This document shows positions 8,525 to 17,626 of a DNA stretch of 20,000 nucleotides, one piece after another. Location: sequence record SRR2962707_896. One strand, given 5' to 3'. The number at the start of each line of letters is the position of its first letter. Positions within the stretch are counted from its first letter, which is position 1. Made by a program: the position numbers and the translations under genes. The notes under the pieces are model-generated. The model had not been told where the DNA came from and did not search any database. It saw nothing but the letters and a program-made list of their open reading frames with translations.

Positions 8525-9283
8525 TCAGGCCCGCTTTTCCGACAGCGTGGCGATAATGGGAGCCCCCTTGGTGACGATAACGGTGTGCTCGAACTGCGCG
8601 GAAAGGTTGTCCGGATGGCCCACCAGAGTCCACCCGTCCTCCGCCTCCGTCACCAGCGTACTGCGGGTGGATAGAAACGGCTCGATGGCAATGACCTGGC
8701 CGAGCCGCAATCGGCGGGTATCGCGGCGGTCATAATAGCCCACGATGTCCTCCGGCTCTTCATGCAGTGTCCGCCCGATACCATGGCCGGCCAGATTCTT
8801 GATCACCTTGAAGCGATGCGACTTCGCGGTATGTTGAATCACTTTGCCGATGCGATTGATGGGAGCACCGGCTCGTGCTTCGCCCAAGGCGCGTTTCAAA
8901 GCCAGCCGGGTGGCATGACAAAGGCGTGCCTTCAGCGCCGACCCCGGCGGAACAACCGTCGTGCCGCCGGTATCCGCGAAATAGCCATCCAGTTCAGCGG
9001 ATACATCGACATTCACGATGTCACCGGCCTGGATCACCCTTTGCCCCGGAATACCATGCGCGGCTTCCTCATTGACGCTGATACAGGTGGCGCCGGGAAA
9101 ATCATAAGTCACCCTCGGTGCCGATCTGGCGCCGTACTGTTCCAGCAGCTGCTCTCCCAGCTTATCCAGCTCCGCCGTCGTCATGCCCGGTTCAACCGCA
9201 TCGAGCATGGCATCGCGCACCCTGGCGACGACCCGCCCGGTGTTCAGCACGCCATCAATGTCGTTCTGGCCTTCCACGGTCAT
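8525..9283 (-). CDS. map: Type I methionine aminopeptidase
   Basis: FPGATCISVNEEAAHGIP, GDIVNVDVS..DGYFADT, GHGIGRTLHEEP, IAIEPF, SAQFEHT; metal ligands D, D, H, E, E all present. GAGGTG RBS. Confidence 0.95.
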   Translation of the reverse strand: MTVEGQNDIDGVLNTGRVVARVRDAMLDAVEPGMTTAELDKLGEQLLEQYGARSAPRVTYDFPGATCISVNEEAAHGIPGQRVIQAGDIVNVDVSAELDGYFADTGGTTVVPPGSALKARLCHATRLALKRALGEARAGAPINRIGKVIQHTAKSHRFKVIKNLAGHGIGRTLHEEPEDIVGYYDRRDTRRLRLGQVIAIEPFLSTRSTLVTEAEDGWTLVGHPDNLSAQFEHTVIVTKGAPIIATLSEKRA

Positions 9284-9311
9284 GCGTTCACCTCTTGTCC
9301 GTTTATGCTCT

Positions 9312-10139
9312 TCAATAATATTCCATGACTCTTTTCTGAACGTAGATCAGAGCACCATTGTCGTACTTTTCCCTGTTCGTCCAATTCCCGAACTCGTCGT
9401 AGTCATACTCATAGACAACACGCTGCGTTCCGGCGTCGCCGTCTACCCAGCTTCTGGATGCCACGTCGCCATACTGGGTGTACTCGATCGTGTAAGGGAT
9501 ATTTCCCCAATCCTCCGATATGCTTTTGGATTCAATCAGGCGGCCGGAATCATCGTACTTGAAATCCATCACGACCTTTACCGATCCATCCTGGCGCAGT
9601 TCGGTTTCTTTCATGACATTGTTTTTATTGTCATATTCAAACAGCCTTTTCGACAAAACAATGGAGTCGGGTGATTTGTGGATCTCGGAAACCCTATTTC
9701 CCTTTGAGTCGTACTCCCGGAAATGAATGGCGGAGAGGCGGTCAACGCCAAAATAACTCCTGACTTCCACGGTACGCCCGGCTTCATCAAGTTCGTGGAC
9801 AAGCCTTTTCTTCACTTCTCCATTTGCCGCTGCGTAAACAATTTCCAGCAGGCGCCCATGGTCGTCTCTCTTGAACGTTCTGGTCTCGAAGAGCGTACCT
9901 TTCAGCCAGTATTCGCGCCTCGTGATATTCCCACTGTCATCGTAATGAGAAACTGTTTTACCCCTTTCCTTGAGAGCAGGGTCGGGCTCCACCGTATCGC
10001 GTTGTTCAATATTGTATTCTGTTTCCGTTACGGTCTTGAGAGTGGGCGCCTCATCAGCCGTGTCCACGCAGGAAGTTAAGGAGAGAACCAGGGCTGCCCA
10101 GAGGGAAGCAATCCTGGCTCTATGTTTGAAAAAAGACAT
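9312..10139 (-). CDS. YD/RHS-like repeat lipoprotein
   Basis: Signal MSFFKHRARIASLWAALVLSLTS-C. About 8 YDxxGN/R repeats at ~24-aa spacing; ends KRVMEYY. Visibly more AT-rich than its neighbours. Confidence 0.8.
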   Translation of the reverse strand: MSFFKHRARIASLWAALVLSLTSCVDTADEAPTLKTVTETEYNIEQRDTVEPDPALKERGKTVSHYDDSGNITRREYWLKGTLFETRTFKRDDHGRLLEIVYAAANGEVKKRLVHELDEAGRTVEVRSYFGVDRLSAIHFREYDSKGNRVSEIHKSPDSIVLSKRLFEYDNKNNVMKETELRQDGSVKVVMDFKYDDSGRLIESKSISEDWGNIPYTIEYTQYGDVASRSWVDGDAGTQRVVYEYDYDEFGNWTNREKYDNGALIYVQKRVMEYY

Positions 10140-10239
10140 ACAGGTTCTCTCTGTTTCCATGGCCCCAGGCAAAAGCCAAGATATCCGCCCTGGTACCCGG
10201 CACCTCCAGTGCGACAGCCCCTCGCCAACCGCTGCATGA

Positions 10240-10280
10240 ACCCCACCCACGAGTTTCAGACCTACTTGCGGGTGGGGGGT
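10240..10280 (-). terminator. Imperfect GC-rich hairpin just after the VOC gene stop
   Basis: ACCCCACCCACGAGT ... ACTTGCGGGTGGGG, about 7 nt downstream of the stop at 10287. The U-tract is weak. Confidence 0.4.
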
Positions 10281-10286
10281 GGAGAT

Positions 10287-10679
10287 TTACTTAACCCGAT
10301 GAATCGCGCAGAGCTTGTTGCCGTCAGGATCACGCACATAGGCCAGATGCATGGCGCCCATGCTGCCTTCGCGCAGCCCCGGCGGATCCTCGATGGGCTT
10401 GCCGCCCTGAGCCACCGCCACGTCATAGAATTCCTTTACCTGCTCGGGCGAATCGCACTTGAAACCGATGGTGCCGCCGTTGGCGCAGGTCGCGTCTTCG
10501 TCGTTGATCGGCTCACTGATAGCGAAGGTGCTGCCATCGTGGATATAGAACAGCCGGACGTGGCCGGAAGGCGCCACGTTGCGAAACGGCTCGCGCGCGC
10601 CGAGTACACCGAGCACCGCGTCATAGAATCTCTTGGAACGCTCGATGTCATTGGAACCGATCATGATGTGGTTGAACAT
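10287..10679 (-). CDS. VOC family (glyoxalase/bleomycin resistance-like) protein
   Basis: MFNHIMIGSNDIERSKRFYDAVLG..NGGTIGF..AQGG..EDPPGLR..LAYVRDPDGNKLCA. AGGAG RBS. Confidence 0.93.
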   Translation of the reverse strand: MFNHIMIGSNDIERSKRFYDAVLGVLGAREPFRNVAPSGHVRLFYIHDGSTFAISEPINDEDATCANGGTIGFKCDSPEQVKEFYDVAVAQGGKPIEDPPGLREGSMGAMHLAYVRDPDGNKLCAIHRVK

Positions 10680-11014
10680 GGTTGCTCTCCTTTTACGGTT
10701 TGTCGTTATGTCTTATTCGCCCAGCCCTTCAGCAAACAGGGCCCGTATCGCTCCAGGCCTCTTTTATCGCCGCCCGCCCACCTGCCAAACCTTCCCGACG
10801 TCACGCCGGATCACGCCAGTGGCGGCCCTCCCGGACTGGCTTGGGACTAAAGGCCGGATAGGCCAGGAAGACACGGCGAAGCGTTATATTCACCCGCCCA
10901 TGATCCGGCGGCAACCCGCCTTTTCTCATCGCCGCGCCGCCAACGACTGGCCGGTGCCGAGCGATAGGCTTTGCTCGGGACGTTGATTGCCTCTCTCCAT
11001 TCCACCCCGCGCGT

Positions 11015-11545
11015 TCACGTGAGGTCATGGAGCAGATGAATATCGTCCGGCTCCCGCCGATACAACGTTTCATCCAGCTGCTCGCATAACCGGCAGCCCA
11101 GTCTCATGTAGAAATCCACGGTGTTACGCGACGGCGTCGCCGAGACGTAGAGCGCGCCGGCCCCCACCTGCCGGGCCCGGGCGACAGCGAGACGGAAGAG
11201 ATGGGCGCCGAGGCCACGGCGGCGGTAAGCGTGACTGAGGTGGAGAAACGTCAGTTGCAGCCATTCGCCCGCCGGGCCAAAGCGGCGCGAATCGACAACC
11301 ACCGCGCCGATCAGGCGGCCCTGGTCGAACAGACCGAGGAACCAACCGCCACGGTCAAAGCAGTCAAGCAGGATGGGTGTGTAGTGCTCGGCCTCGCCGT
11401 CCGGCCAGCCGCTCATATGGTAAAACTCGGGACGGAGCACCAGCTTGCCGTTCTTGAGGGAATAGATCTCTTTGATCACTTCGCTGCGGTCGATCCCCCA
11501 GACCAGGGCGACCTCGTCTCGGCGCAACAGGCGCTCGTCGATCAT
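11015..11545 (-). CDS. GNAT-family N-acetyltransferase
   Basis: Motif A LHLSHAYRRRGLG..LF, then LYVSATPSRNTVDFYMRLG. AAGGA RBS. Confidence 0.9.
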   Translation of the reverse strand: MIDERLLRRDEVALVWGIDRSEVIKEIYSLKNGKLVLRPEFYHMSGWPDGEAEHYTPILLDCFDRGGWFLGLFDQGRLIGAVVVDSRRFGPAGEWLQLTFLHLSHAYRRRGLGAHLFRLAVARARQVGAGALYVSATPSRNTVDFYMRLGCRLCEQLDETLYRREPDDIHLLHDLT

Positions 11546-11919
11546 CGTGGTTTCCTTGCGTTCAGGTCGCGCACAGGGGCGGAACAGCCTACCTGCGCCT
11601 CGTGATATCTTAATGCCAAAGGAGACCGATCAGCCGGATTAGCCCTCTTCCAGTACGGACAGCAAGAACCCTCGCGAATCGACGCCCGCGCACCCACCGG
11701 CAATATGCCGGAGCCCTTCGGAAAACAGAGTCATTGGCCATTCCTTTTCGCCGTTGAAGGCCCCAACTCCACCCCGGATCGTCGACGCCACCACCGACGC
11801 GCCCGGTCCAGCGTGAGACACAGCTCTCATTCAAAGCGCATCCGGAGGTCGTGGAGGGTTGCGTTATGGCATTCACGCCACAAGATTCAGTGCTCGCACC
11901 GGCCAAGAGTTTCTTTTTC

Positions 11920-13551
11920 ATGTCCGACCACCCGATCCTGAACATCACCGACGTCGCCACCCCCGATGCCTACCCCGCCATCACCGCCGCCACCCTGAGT
12001 GGCGAATGGCCGGCGCTCACCGAGCGCCTGGAACGCACCGCCGCGGACTACCGCCGCGCGCCGTCCCTGCACACGTTGGTGCAACTGGAAGGCACGCTGC
12101 ACGCCATCCTCCGCGCCCCGCGCGACACCCTCGGCACCTGGGCCGACGCCGAGCCCGGCAACCCCTGGCCCTGGCTGGCGCAAGGCATGGCGGACACCTA
12201 CGCCGGGCTCGATGCGCGCGGCACGGAGACCGCCGACCAGCTCACCGAGGCCGAATGGGAGCAAGTGGCGGAGTACCTGACCCAAGCCCAGGCCCCGCTG
12301 ACCCGCGCCTTGGAACTGGGTGTGCAACCCGGGCCGGCACTGGCCGCCATCGGCCAGGCCGCCACGGTCATGGGCGTGCCCGAAGAGGACCACCAACAAC
12401 TGCTGGCGCAACTGGCGGAGGCCGACCCGAACTGGTTGCCCGCCTGGTCCAGCGCCCTGGCCCGCAGCGAAGCCCGCTGGGGTGGCAGCCTGGCGCACAT
12501 GGGCGAAGTGGTGGCTCTGGCCGAGCGCGCCATGACCGCCCCCGAGCTGCACCAGCTCCTCACCGCCGAGCGCTGGTGGTGGCGCGCCAACCGCGCCGCC
12601 ACCATTGACGGCGACCTGGTCACCGCCCGCGGGCACTTGCGCGCCGGCCTGGAAGACTGCCCGCCTGGGCGCATGCGCGCCGCCCTGCTGGTGTTGGAAG
12701 CACAAATCCTGGCCTCCCTGGACGCCCCCGCCCTGGAAATCGCCGAAGGCTGGCAGGCCGCCGTGGACGCCGCTCCGGACGACTCCACACATCAGTTCGA
12801 CCTCGGCCTGGCCTGGGTCAACGCCGGCGACATCGAGCGGGCCACCGCCGTGCTGAGCCGCCTGGCGGAACGGCCCGGCCCGGAGGGCCTGGAAGCGGCC
12901 AACTGGCTGGGGCGGTGCCTGGCCCGAGGCCGGCGTGGCTTTCCACAAGACCGCGCGGCGGCGGAGCGCTGGTTCCGCTTTGCCGCCGAAAAGGGTCCGG
13001 ACGGCAAACTCAACCTGGCCGAACTCCAACTGGAAGACGACCCGCACTCCGAGCAGGCCCTGGCCCTGTGCCGCGCCGCCATCGCCGAAGGCAACGGCTT
13101 TGGCGCCCTGCCCCTGGCCCGGGCCCTCCTGACCCAAGGCGAGCAGGCCGAAGCCAAGGCCCTGCTCAGCGACGCCCCTGTCGAGTTTACCGCCTGCAAA
13201 TACGCCCTGGCCCGCGGCCTGGACGAAGGCTGGTTCGGCACGCCCAACCCACGCGCCGCCCTCGACGTCAGCAGCACCGTGCTGCCCCAGGTGTTCGACC
13301 CGTACCTCTCCGTGCTGCACATGACCCTGCTCAGCGCCCAAGGCAATTGGGACGCCGCCCGGCAACATGGCCGCTGGCTGCTGGAAGAAACCGCCGAAGG
13401 TCGGCTCGACCTGCCCGACCCACTGTTCCACGAAGTCGAACGGCTGCTGGGCGCAATCCCCAAACCCGGCCTGGGCGGGTTCCTGAAACGGACCTTCAGT
13501 AATGAACGGTTGCGGCTGGAAGTGGAATCGCCGGATTTGTGGAACGTTTAA
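11920..13551 (+). CDS. DUF4034-like domain plus TPR/Sel1-repeat protein
   Basis: [19 protein letters not shown]...W and RWGGS..M resemble DUF4034. [34 protein letters not shown] is a Sel1-like repeat. Start is uncertain (11851, 11866 or 11920). Confidence 0.75.
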   Translation: MSDHPILNITDVATPDAYPAITAATLSGEWPALTERLERTAADYRRAPSLHTLVQLEGTLHAILRAPRDTLGTWADAEPGNPWPWLAQGMADTYAGLDARGTETADQLTEAEWEQVAEYLTQAQAPLTRALELGVQPGPALAAIGQAATVMGVPEEDHQQLLAQLAEADPNWLPAWSSALARSEARWGGSLAHMGEVVALAERAMTAPELHQLLTAERWWWRANRAATIDGDLVTARGHLRAGLEDCPPGRMRAALLVLEAQILASLDAPALEIAEGWQAAVDAAPDDSTHQFDLGLAWVNAGDIERATAVLSRLAERPGPEGLEAANWLGRCLARGRRGFPQDRAAAERWFRFAAEKGPDGKLNLAELQLEDDPHSEQALALCRAAIAEGNGFGALPLARALLTQGEQAEAKALLSDAPVEFTACKYALARGLDEGWFGTPNPRAALDVSSTVLPQVFDPYLSVLHMTLLSAQGNWDAARQHGRWLLEETAEGRLDLPDPLFHEVERLLGAIPKPGLGGFLKRTFSNERLRLEVESPDLWNV

Positions 13552-13709
13552 CCAGACTCTCCCGCAAAATCGCCCCAATCGCCCTCACCCCGGTGAGCGT
13601 CATCGCCACCTTCATCTCGCTGGCGATCAGGTCCGGCACATGGGCCACGCCCTGCTCGCCGGCGGCGGCCAGGGCGTAGACGAAGGGGCGGCCGAGCAGC
13701 ACGCCGCCG
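13551..13709 (-). pseudogene. lldD: Orphan copy of the lldD 3' end (last ~53 codons)
   Basis: Ungapped 159-bp match to 18305-18463 with 20 mismatches by hand count (~87%). Translates to [52 protein letters not shown]. Confidence 0.95.
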
Positions 13710-13767
13710 CTGTTCGATAACCCTTTCAATCATGTCCGCTCTCCTGATCGCCCCAGGTGGGCGCGGC

Positions 13768-14397
13768 TTATTCAGCGGCCTTCTCGACGTTGAAGCCGTC
13801 GAAGTTATCGAAGACGCCCATAAAGCCCGGCACCGTCGCCTCGCGTGCCCAGTCGCGCTGGAGTTCGCAGTACATCTGCACGCGACTGATGAGTTTCACA
13901 CCGGCCTGCTCCATTCGCCGCAGCGCGGCCTCGTGGGCGGCCAGCGAAGTACCGCCCACCGCATCGACGGGCACGTAAACCTCATAGCCTTCCTGGATGG
14001 CGTCCAGTGCCGGAAAGGTCAGGCACGCCTCGGTCCAGAGCGCGGTCATGATCAGCTTCTTGCGCCCGATCGATTTGACCGCCTCCTTGAACCCGGTGTC
14101 CTCCCAACTGTTGATGGAGGTGCGATCGTAGGGCGGCAGATGGCCGAGCACGTCTTGCAGTTCCTGGATCGGCGGTTTGTTGCGGCCGGTCGCGACGTTG
14201 ACGGTGGAGTGGACGATCGGCAGGTCGTAGTTGACCGCCGCCTTGGCGACGCTGGTGATGTTGAAGACCAATTCGTCGCGGGGCATGGAGCGGATCGACG
14301 AAACCTGAATCGGTTGGTAGTCGATGATGATCAACGCTGAATTTTCCGGGGTCAGCAGTTGGTCGGTGTGGGGATTACGGATCGTTTCACTTGCCAT
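13768..14397 (-). CDS. Isochorismatase-family cysteine hydrolase, YcaC-like
   Basis: LLTPENSALIIIDYQP, DRTSINSWED, ALWTEACL.FPAL, VDAVGG.S..AH..A..RM.QAG, ELQRDWAR. Confidence 0.92.
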   Translation of the reverse strand: MASETIRNPHTDQLLTPENSALIIIDYQPIQVSSIRSMPRDELVFNITSVAKAAVNYDLPIVHSTVNVATGRNKPPIQELQDVLGHLPPYDRTSINSWEDTGFKEAVKSIGRKKLIMTALWTEACLTFPALDAIQEGYEVYVPVDAVGGTSLAAHEAALRRMEQAGVKLISRVQMYCELQRDWAREATVPGFMGVFDNFDGFNVEKAAE

Positions 14398-14411
14398 GGG
14401 TAAAGTTCTCT

Positions 14412-15245
14412 CTATTCAGCGCGTATAAACTCGAGCAGATCAGCGTTGACCTGGTCAGGATGGGTGGCGAACAGGCCGTGGGACAGATAGGGATAGGTCT
14501 TGAGCGTGCCGTTGGGCAACAACTTGATCGCCTTGTGAGCGGAGGCCGCGATCGGCACCACCTGGTCGTCTTCGCCATGCAGGATCAACACCGGGATCTC
14601 GATGGCTTGAAGATCATCGGTGAAGTCGGTTTCCGAGAACGCCTGGATGGAGTCGTACTGGGCCTTGGCGCCGCCCGCCATGCCCTGGCGCCACCAGTTG
14701 TCGATCAGCCCCTGGCTGATTTCGGCGCCTTCGCGATTGAATCCATAGAACGGCCCCGTGGGTATGTCGCGGAAGAACTGGGCACGGTTGGATACCAGCG
14801 CGCTGCGGAAGCCGTCGAACACGGCCATGGGTGTGCCTTCCGGGTTAGCAGCCGACTGCAGCATGATCGGCGTCACCGAACCGATCAGCACCGCCTTGGC
14901 CACACGGCCCGGCTCTACCCGGGCAACATAACGGGCGACCACACCTCCGCCGGTGGAGTGCCCGACATGGATGGCGTTGCGAAGATCGAGCGCCTTCACC
15001 AGATCCGTGGTGTCGGCGGCATAAGTGTCCATGTCGTTGCCGGTGTCGGTCTGGTCGGAACGGCCGTGCCCACGCCGGTCGAACGCGACGACGCGGTAAC
15101 CCTGCGAGAGAAAGAACAGCATCTGGTTGTCCCAGTCGTCCGATGACAGCGGCCAACCGTGATGGAAAACGATAGGCTGAGCGTCCTTCGGTCCCCAGTC
15201 CTTGTAGAAGATGTGGGTACCGTCCTGAGCGGTGATGGTCGCCAT
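14412..15245 (-). CDS. cpo: Non-heme chloroperoxidase / perhydrolase (alpha/beta hydrolase)
   Basis: DGTHIFYKDWG, FHHGWPLSSDDW, DRRGHGRS, GHSTGGG, SETDFTDDL, HGEDDQVVP, SHG; Ser-Asp-His triad present. Confidence 0.93.
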   Translation of the reverse strand: MATITAQDGTHIFYKDWGPKDAQPIVFHHGWPLSSDDWDNQMLFFLSQGYRVVAFDRRGHGRSDQTDTGNDMDTYAADTTDLVKALDLRNAIHVGHSTGGGVVARYVARVEPGRVAKAVLIGSVTPIMLQSAANPEGTPMAVFDGFRSALVSNRAQFFRDIPTGPFYGFNREGAEISQGLIDNWWRQGMAGGAKAQYDSIQAFSETDFTDDLQAIEIPVLILHGEDDQVVPIAASAHKAIKLLPNGTLKTYPYLSHGLFATHPDQVNADLLEFIRAE

Positions 15246-15275
15246 GGAGACGTCCTCTTGGTCGCGTGGTTCGGA

Positions 15276-15929
15276 TCAGCCGGCGTCGCTCGGCACCGGC
15301 GTGTTGAGCAGTTGCTGCTCCCAAAGATAGGCGATGCCGCTGCCGCTGAAATGCTGAATGAGGATCTCGGTCAGCTCCTCGACATGCCCGGTACGCGCCC
15401 AATCGCGTTGCCATTCGCCAGCGAGCGCCATCACGGTCATCACGTTCGCGCCAGCCGCGATCATTCGCTGGATGGCCACTTCGTGAGACTCCTTCGAAAT
15501 CCCGCCCGACGCGTCGGTGACCACGGTCACGTCCCAGCCTTCGCCGGCGGCCTGGATGACAGGCATTGCGACGCAGATCTCGGTCCACAGGCCGGCGATG
15601 ATCAGCTGCTTGCGGCCGGTCTCCTTGACCAAGTTCACCACATTTTCGTCCTGCCAGGTGTTCACCCAGGTGCGATCGATGACATCCTGATCCGGAAATA
15701 CGTCGGTGATCTGCTTGAAGAGAAGCCCTCCGCGCGCCGCGATCACACTGGTGAGAATGGTCGGAACGTTGAAGGCTTTTGCCAGCTTGGCCAGCGCGGT
15801 GGTGCTGTTGACCACGGCTTGCGGGTCGTGACTGTTCAAGTTCGCGAGCTGGTAAGGCTGGTGGTCGATCAAAACCAGTACGGAATCTTCGGGACGAAGA
15901 AGCGAATCAAGGCCGTTGCGGAAGGTCAT
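15276..15929 (-). CDS. Isochorismatase-family cysteine hydrolase, YcaC-like (second paralog)
   Basis: LLRPEDSVLVLIDHQP, IDRTWVNTWQD, AGLWTEICVAMP, VTDASGG.S, EWQRDWAR. GAGG RBS. Confidence 0.92.
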   Translation of the reverse strand: MTFRNGLDSLLRPEDSVLVLIDHQPYQLANLNSHDPQAVVNSTTALAKLAKAFNVPTILTSVIAARGGLLFKQITDVFPDQDVIDRTWVNTWQDENVVNLVKETGRKQLIIAGLWTEICVAMPVIQAAGEGWDVTVVTDASGGISKESHEVAIQRMIAAGANVMTVMALAGEWQRDWARTGHVEELTEILIQHFSGSGIAYLWEQQLLNTPVPSDAG

Positions 15930-16081
15930 GAATACATCCTCTGCTGCCAGTATGAGTGAGATAGGTTTTCCGGGAGACAGGCGCCGGCTGCGGCGATGTC
16001 GAAGCCGATACTGGCATTGCCATTGATGACGCGGTAGCGTTCCATTCTGCTACGCTGTGTCGCGCAAAGAGGAACACCAAA

Positions 16082-16975
16082 GTGAACATCGAAGAGCTAC
16101 GGACCTTCGTGGAAGTCGCGGATGCCGGGGGCGTGTCGCCCGCCGCGCGCCGGCTCGGTGTCTCCAAGTCCATCGTCAGCCGGCGGCTGTTGCGACTTGA
16201 AGCGGAACTGGGTGTCCAGCTTCTGGCACGCACCACCCGTGGCGCCGCGCTCACCGAAGCCGGGATAACCTTCCGGGACTACGCGGCGCGGGTTTGCGCT
16301 GAGATCGACATGGCCAAGGAAACGCTCCTGCCCGCCGGCGACCTTCGCGGACGCTTGCGAGTCACCGTGCCACTCTCATTCGGCCCAACGCACTTCGCCC
16401 CGGTGCTCGCGGAAATGGCGCGGCGTCATCCGCAACTTCATATTCACACCAGCTACAGCGACCGCTTCGTGGACCTGATCGCGGAGGGATACGATTGCGC
16501 GATACGGGTGGGCTATCTTCAGGACTCGGACCTGATCGCAAGACGGGTCGGCCCGATCTACGGCAAGCTCGTCGCCAGCCCGGACTACATCAAAGCCCAC
16601 GGCGCGCCGGAAACGCCTGACGAGCTCCTCACCCATCAGGCCCTCATGCAGGGCACCGAGGCCTGGCAACTCATGGACGGCGACAAGATCATCACCGTGC
16701 GCCCGCAAGGCAACTTCAAGGCCGATAACGGCATCGCCCTGGTCGCCGCCGCAGTCGCCGGGATCGGGATCGGCTACCTGCCCGATTGCCTCACCCATGA
16801 ACACGTGGCCTCCGGCGCGTTGGTACCGATCATGACCAACCACCCGCCCCCGCCGGCCGGCGCCTATGTCATCCGGCCACCGGGACAGCACCCCGCCCGC
16901 AAGATCCGGGTGCTCACCGAGCTGTTGATCGAGAATTTTGAGCAGGATTCGCGGCGTTGGGGGCTTGGGGGTTGA
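16082..16975 (+). CDS. LysR-family transcriptional regulator (CrgA/YcaN-like)
   Basis: HTH LRTFVEVADAGGVSPAARRLGVSKSIVSRRLLRLEAELGVQLLARTTR; GRLRVTVPLSFG; DRFVDLIAEGYDCAIRVG. GTG start after GAGGA. Confidence 0.95.
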   Translation: MNIEELRTFVEVADAGGVSPAARRLGVSKSIVSRRLLRLEAELGVQLLARTTRGAALTEAGITFRDYAARVCAEIDMAKETLLPAGDLRGRLRVTVPLSFGPTHFAPVLAEMARRHPQLHIHTSYSDRFVDLIAEGYDCAIRVGYLQDSDLIARRVGPIYGKLVASPDYIKAHGAPETPDELLTHQALMQGTEAWQLMDGDKIITVRPQGNFKADNGIALVAAAVAGIGIGYLPDCLTHEHVASGALVPIMTNHPPPPAGAYVIRPPGQHPARKIRVLTELLIENFEQDSRRWGLGG

Positions 16976-17005
16976 AGGGAGGTGTCTGCAAGGCCAATGC
17001 CACCA

Positions 17006-17545
17006 TCAATCTGCCAGCCATCGGAGCGACGCTGTGGCGGATGAAACCAGGGCGAAAGGCAGATCGACGTCTTGGCGTGGCAACCTTACTCTGACTTCGC
17101 GATCAGCCACTCTTATATAAACCATGCCATCAGAGCCTCGCAAAGCCTGGACTTGCACTTCTTCCGAGACAGGCAATCCCGCGACAAGCACGACTTGCTC
17201 TTTGACTTCCCCATCTTTAACAACTTGGTACCCAGCATTGAGCTTCTCTGCTCCTGGCTCCGGCAAAGCGACAAATGCTTTTACCTGGTCTTTCCTGTCG
17301 ACAGTGGCAAAGCCCGCTGTCACCCAAGGCGCCCAGCTCGAGTCGGGATGAAGCCATTCAAATCGCAGCGCCACGACAAGCCGGGATTGCTCACTCTGCC
17401 CCAGGAACGGAATGGCAAAACCACTTTCCGGTGCTTCAACCACCATCGATTCCGCGGAATCCGTTAGTGACAAGTAGTCCACGTCATATCGCTTCTCGCA
17501 GGCAACAAGCGCTAAAGTAAGCAGTACCGGAAACAGTGCCTTCAT
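17006..17545 (-). CDS. Hypothetical lipoprotein
   Basis: Lipobox signal MKALFPVLLTLALVA-C, strong GGAGGG RBS, beta-rich 179-aa ORF, lower GC than flanks. Confidence 0.75.
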   Translation of the reverse strand: MKALFPVLLTLALVACEKRYDVDYLSLTDSAESMVVEAPESGFAIPFLGQSEQSRLVVALRFEWLHPDSSWAPWVTAGFATVDRKDQVKAFVALPEPGAEKLNAGYQVVKDGEVKEQVVLVAGLPVSEEVQVQALRGSDGMVYIRVADREVRVRLPRQDVDLPFALVSSATASLRWLAD

Positions 17546-17626
17546 AACCCTCCCCCCGACAATAGAATTTTATTACGCCAGCTAGACATATCGAAACGCA
17601 AACATGGTGTGGAAGGGTGTGTTGGT

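Noticed and set aside
7745-8674. 309-aa plus-strand ORF and possible gene remnants in the 8310-8520 gap
   Set aside because: Antisense to the YdeI and map genes; the translations I tried of the gap gave no recognisable protein.
9312-10250. Rhs polymorphic toxin interpretation of the YD-repeat gene
   Set aside because: Too short; no Rhs core/DPxG motif, toxin domain, immunity gene or nearby VgrG/PAAR.
11610-11700. Possible third lldD tail (GRRFARVLAVRTGRGLIRLIGLL versus [23 protein letters not shown])
   Set aside because: Only 7/23 amino-acid identities and under half nucleotide identity by hand; cannot be separated from chance without a profile search.
11887-13578. 563-aa minus-strand ORF
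   Set aside because: In-register antisense of the DUF4034/Sel1 gene; the plus strand carries the recognisable motifs.
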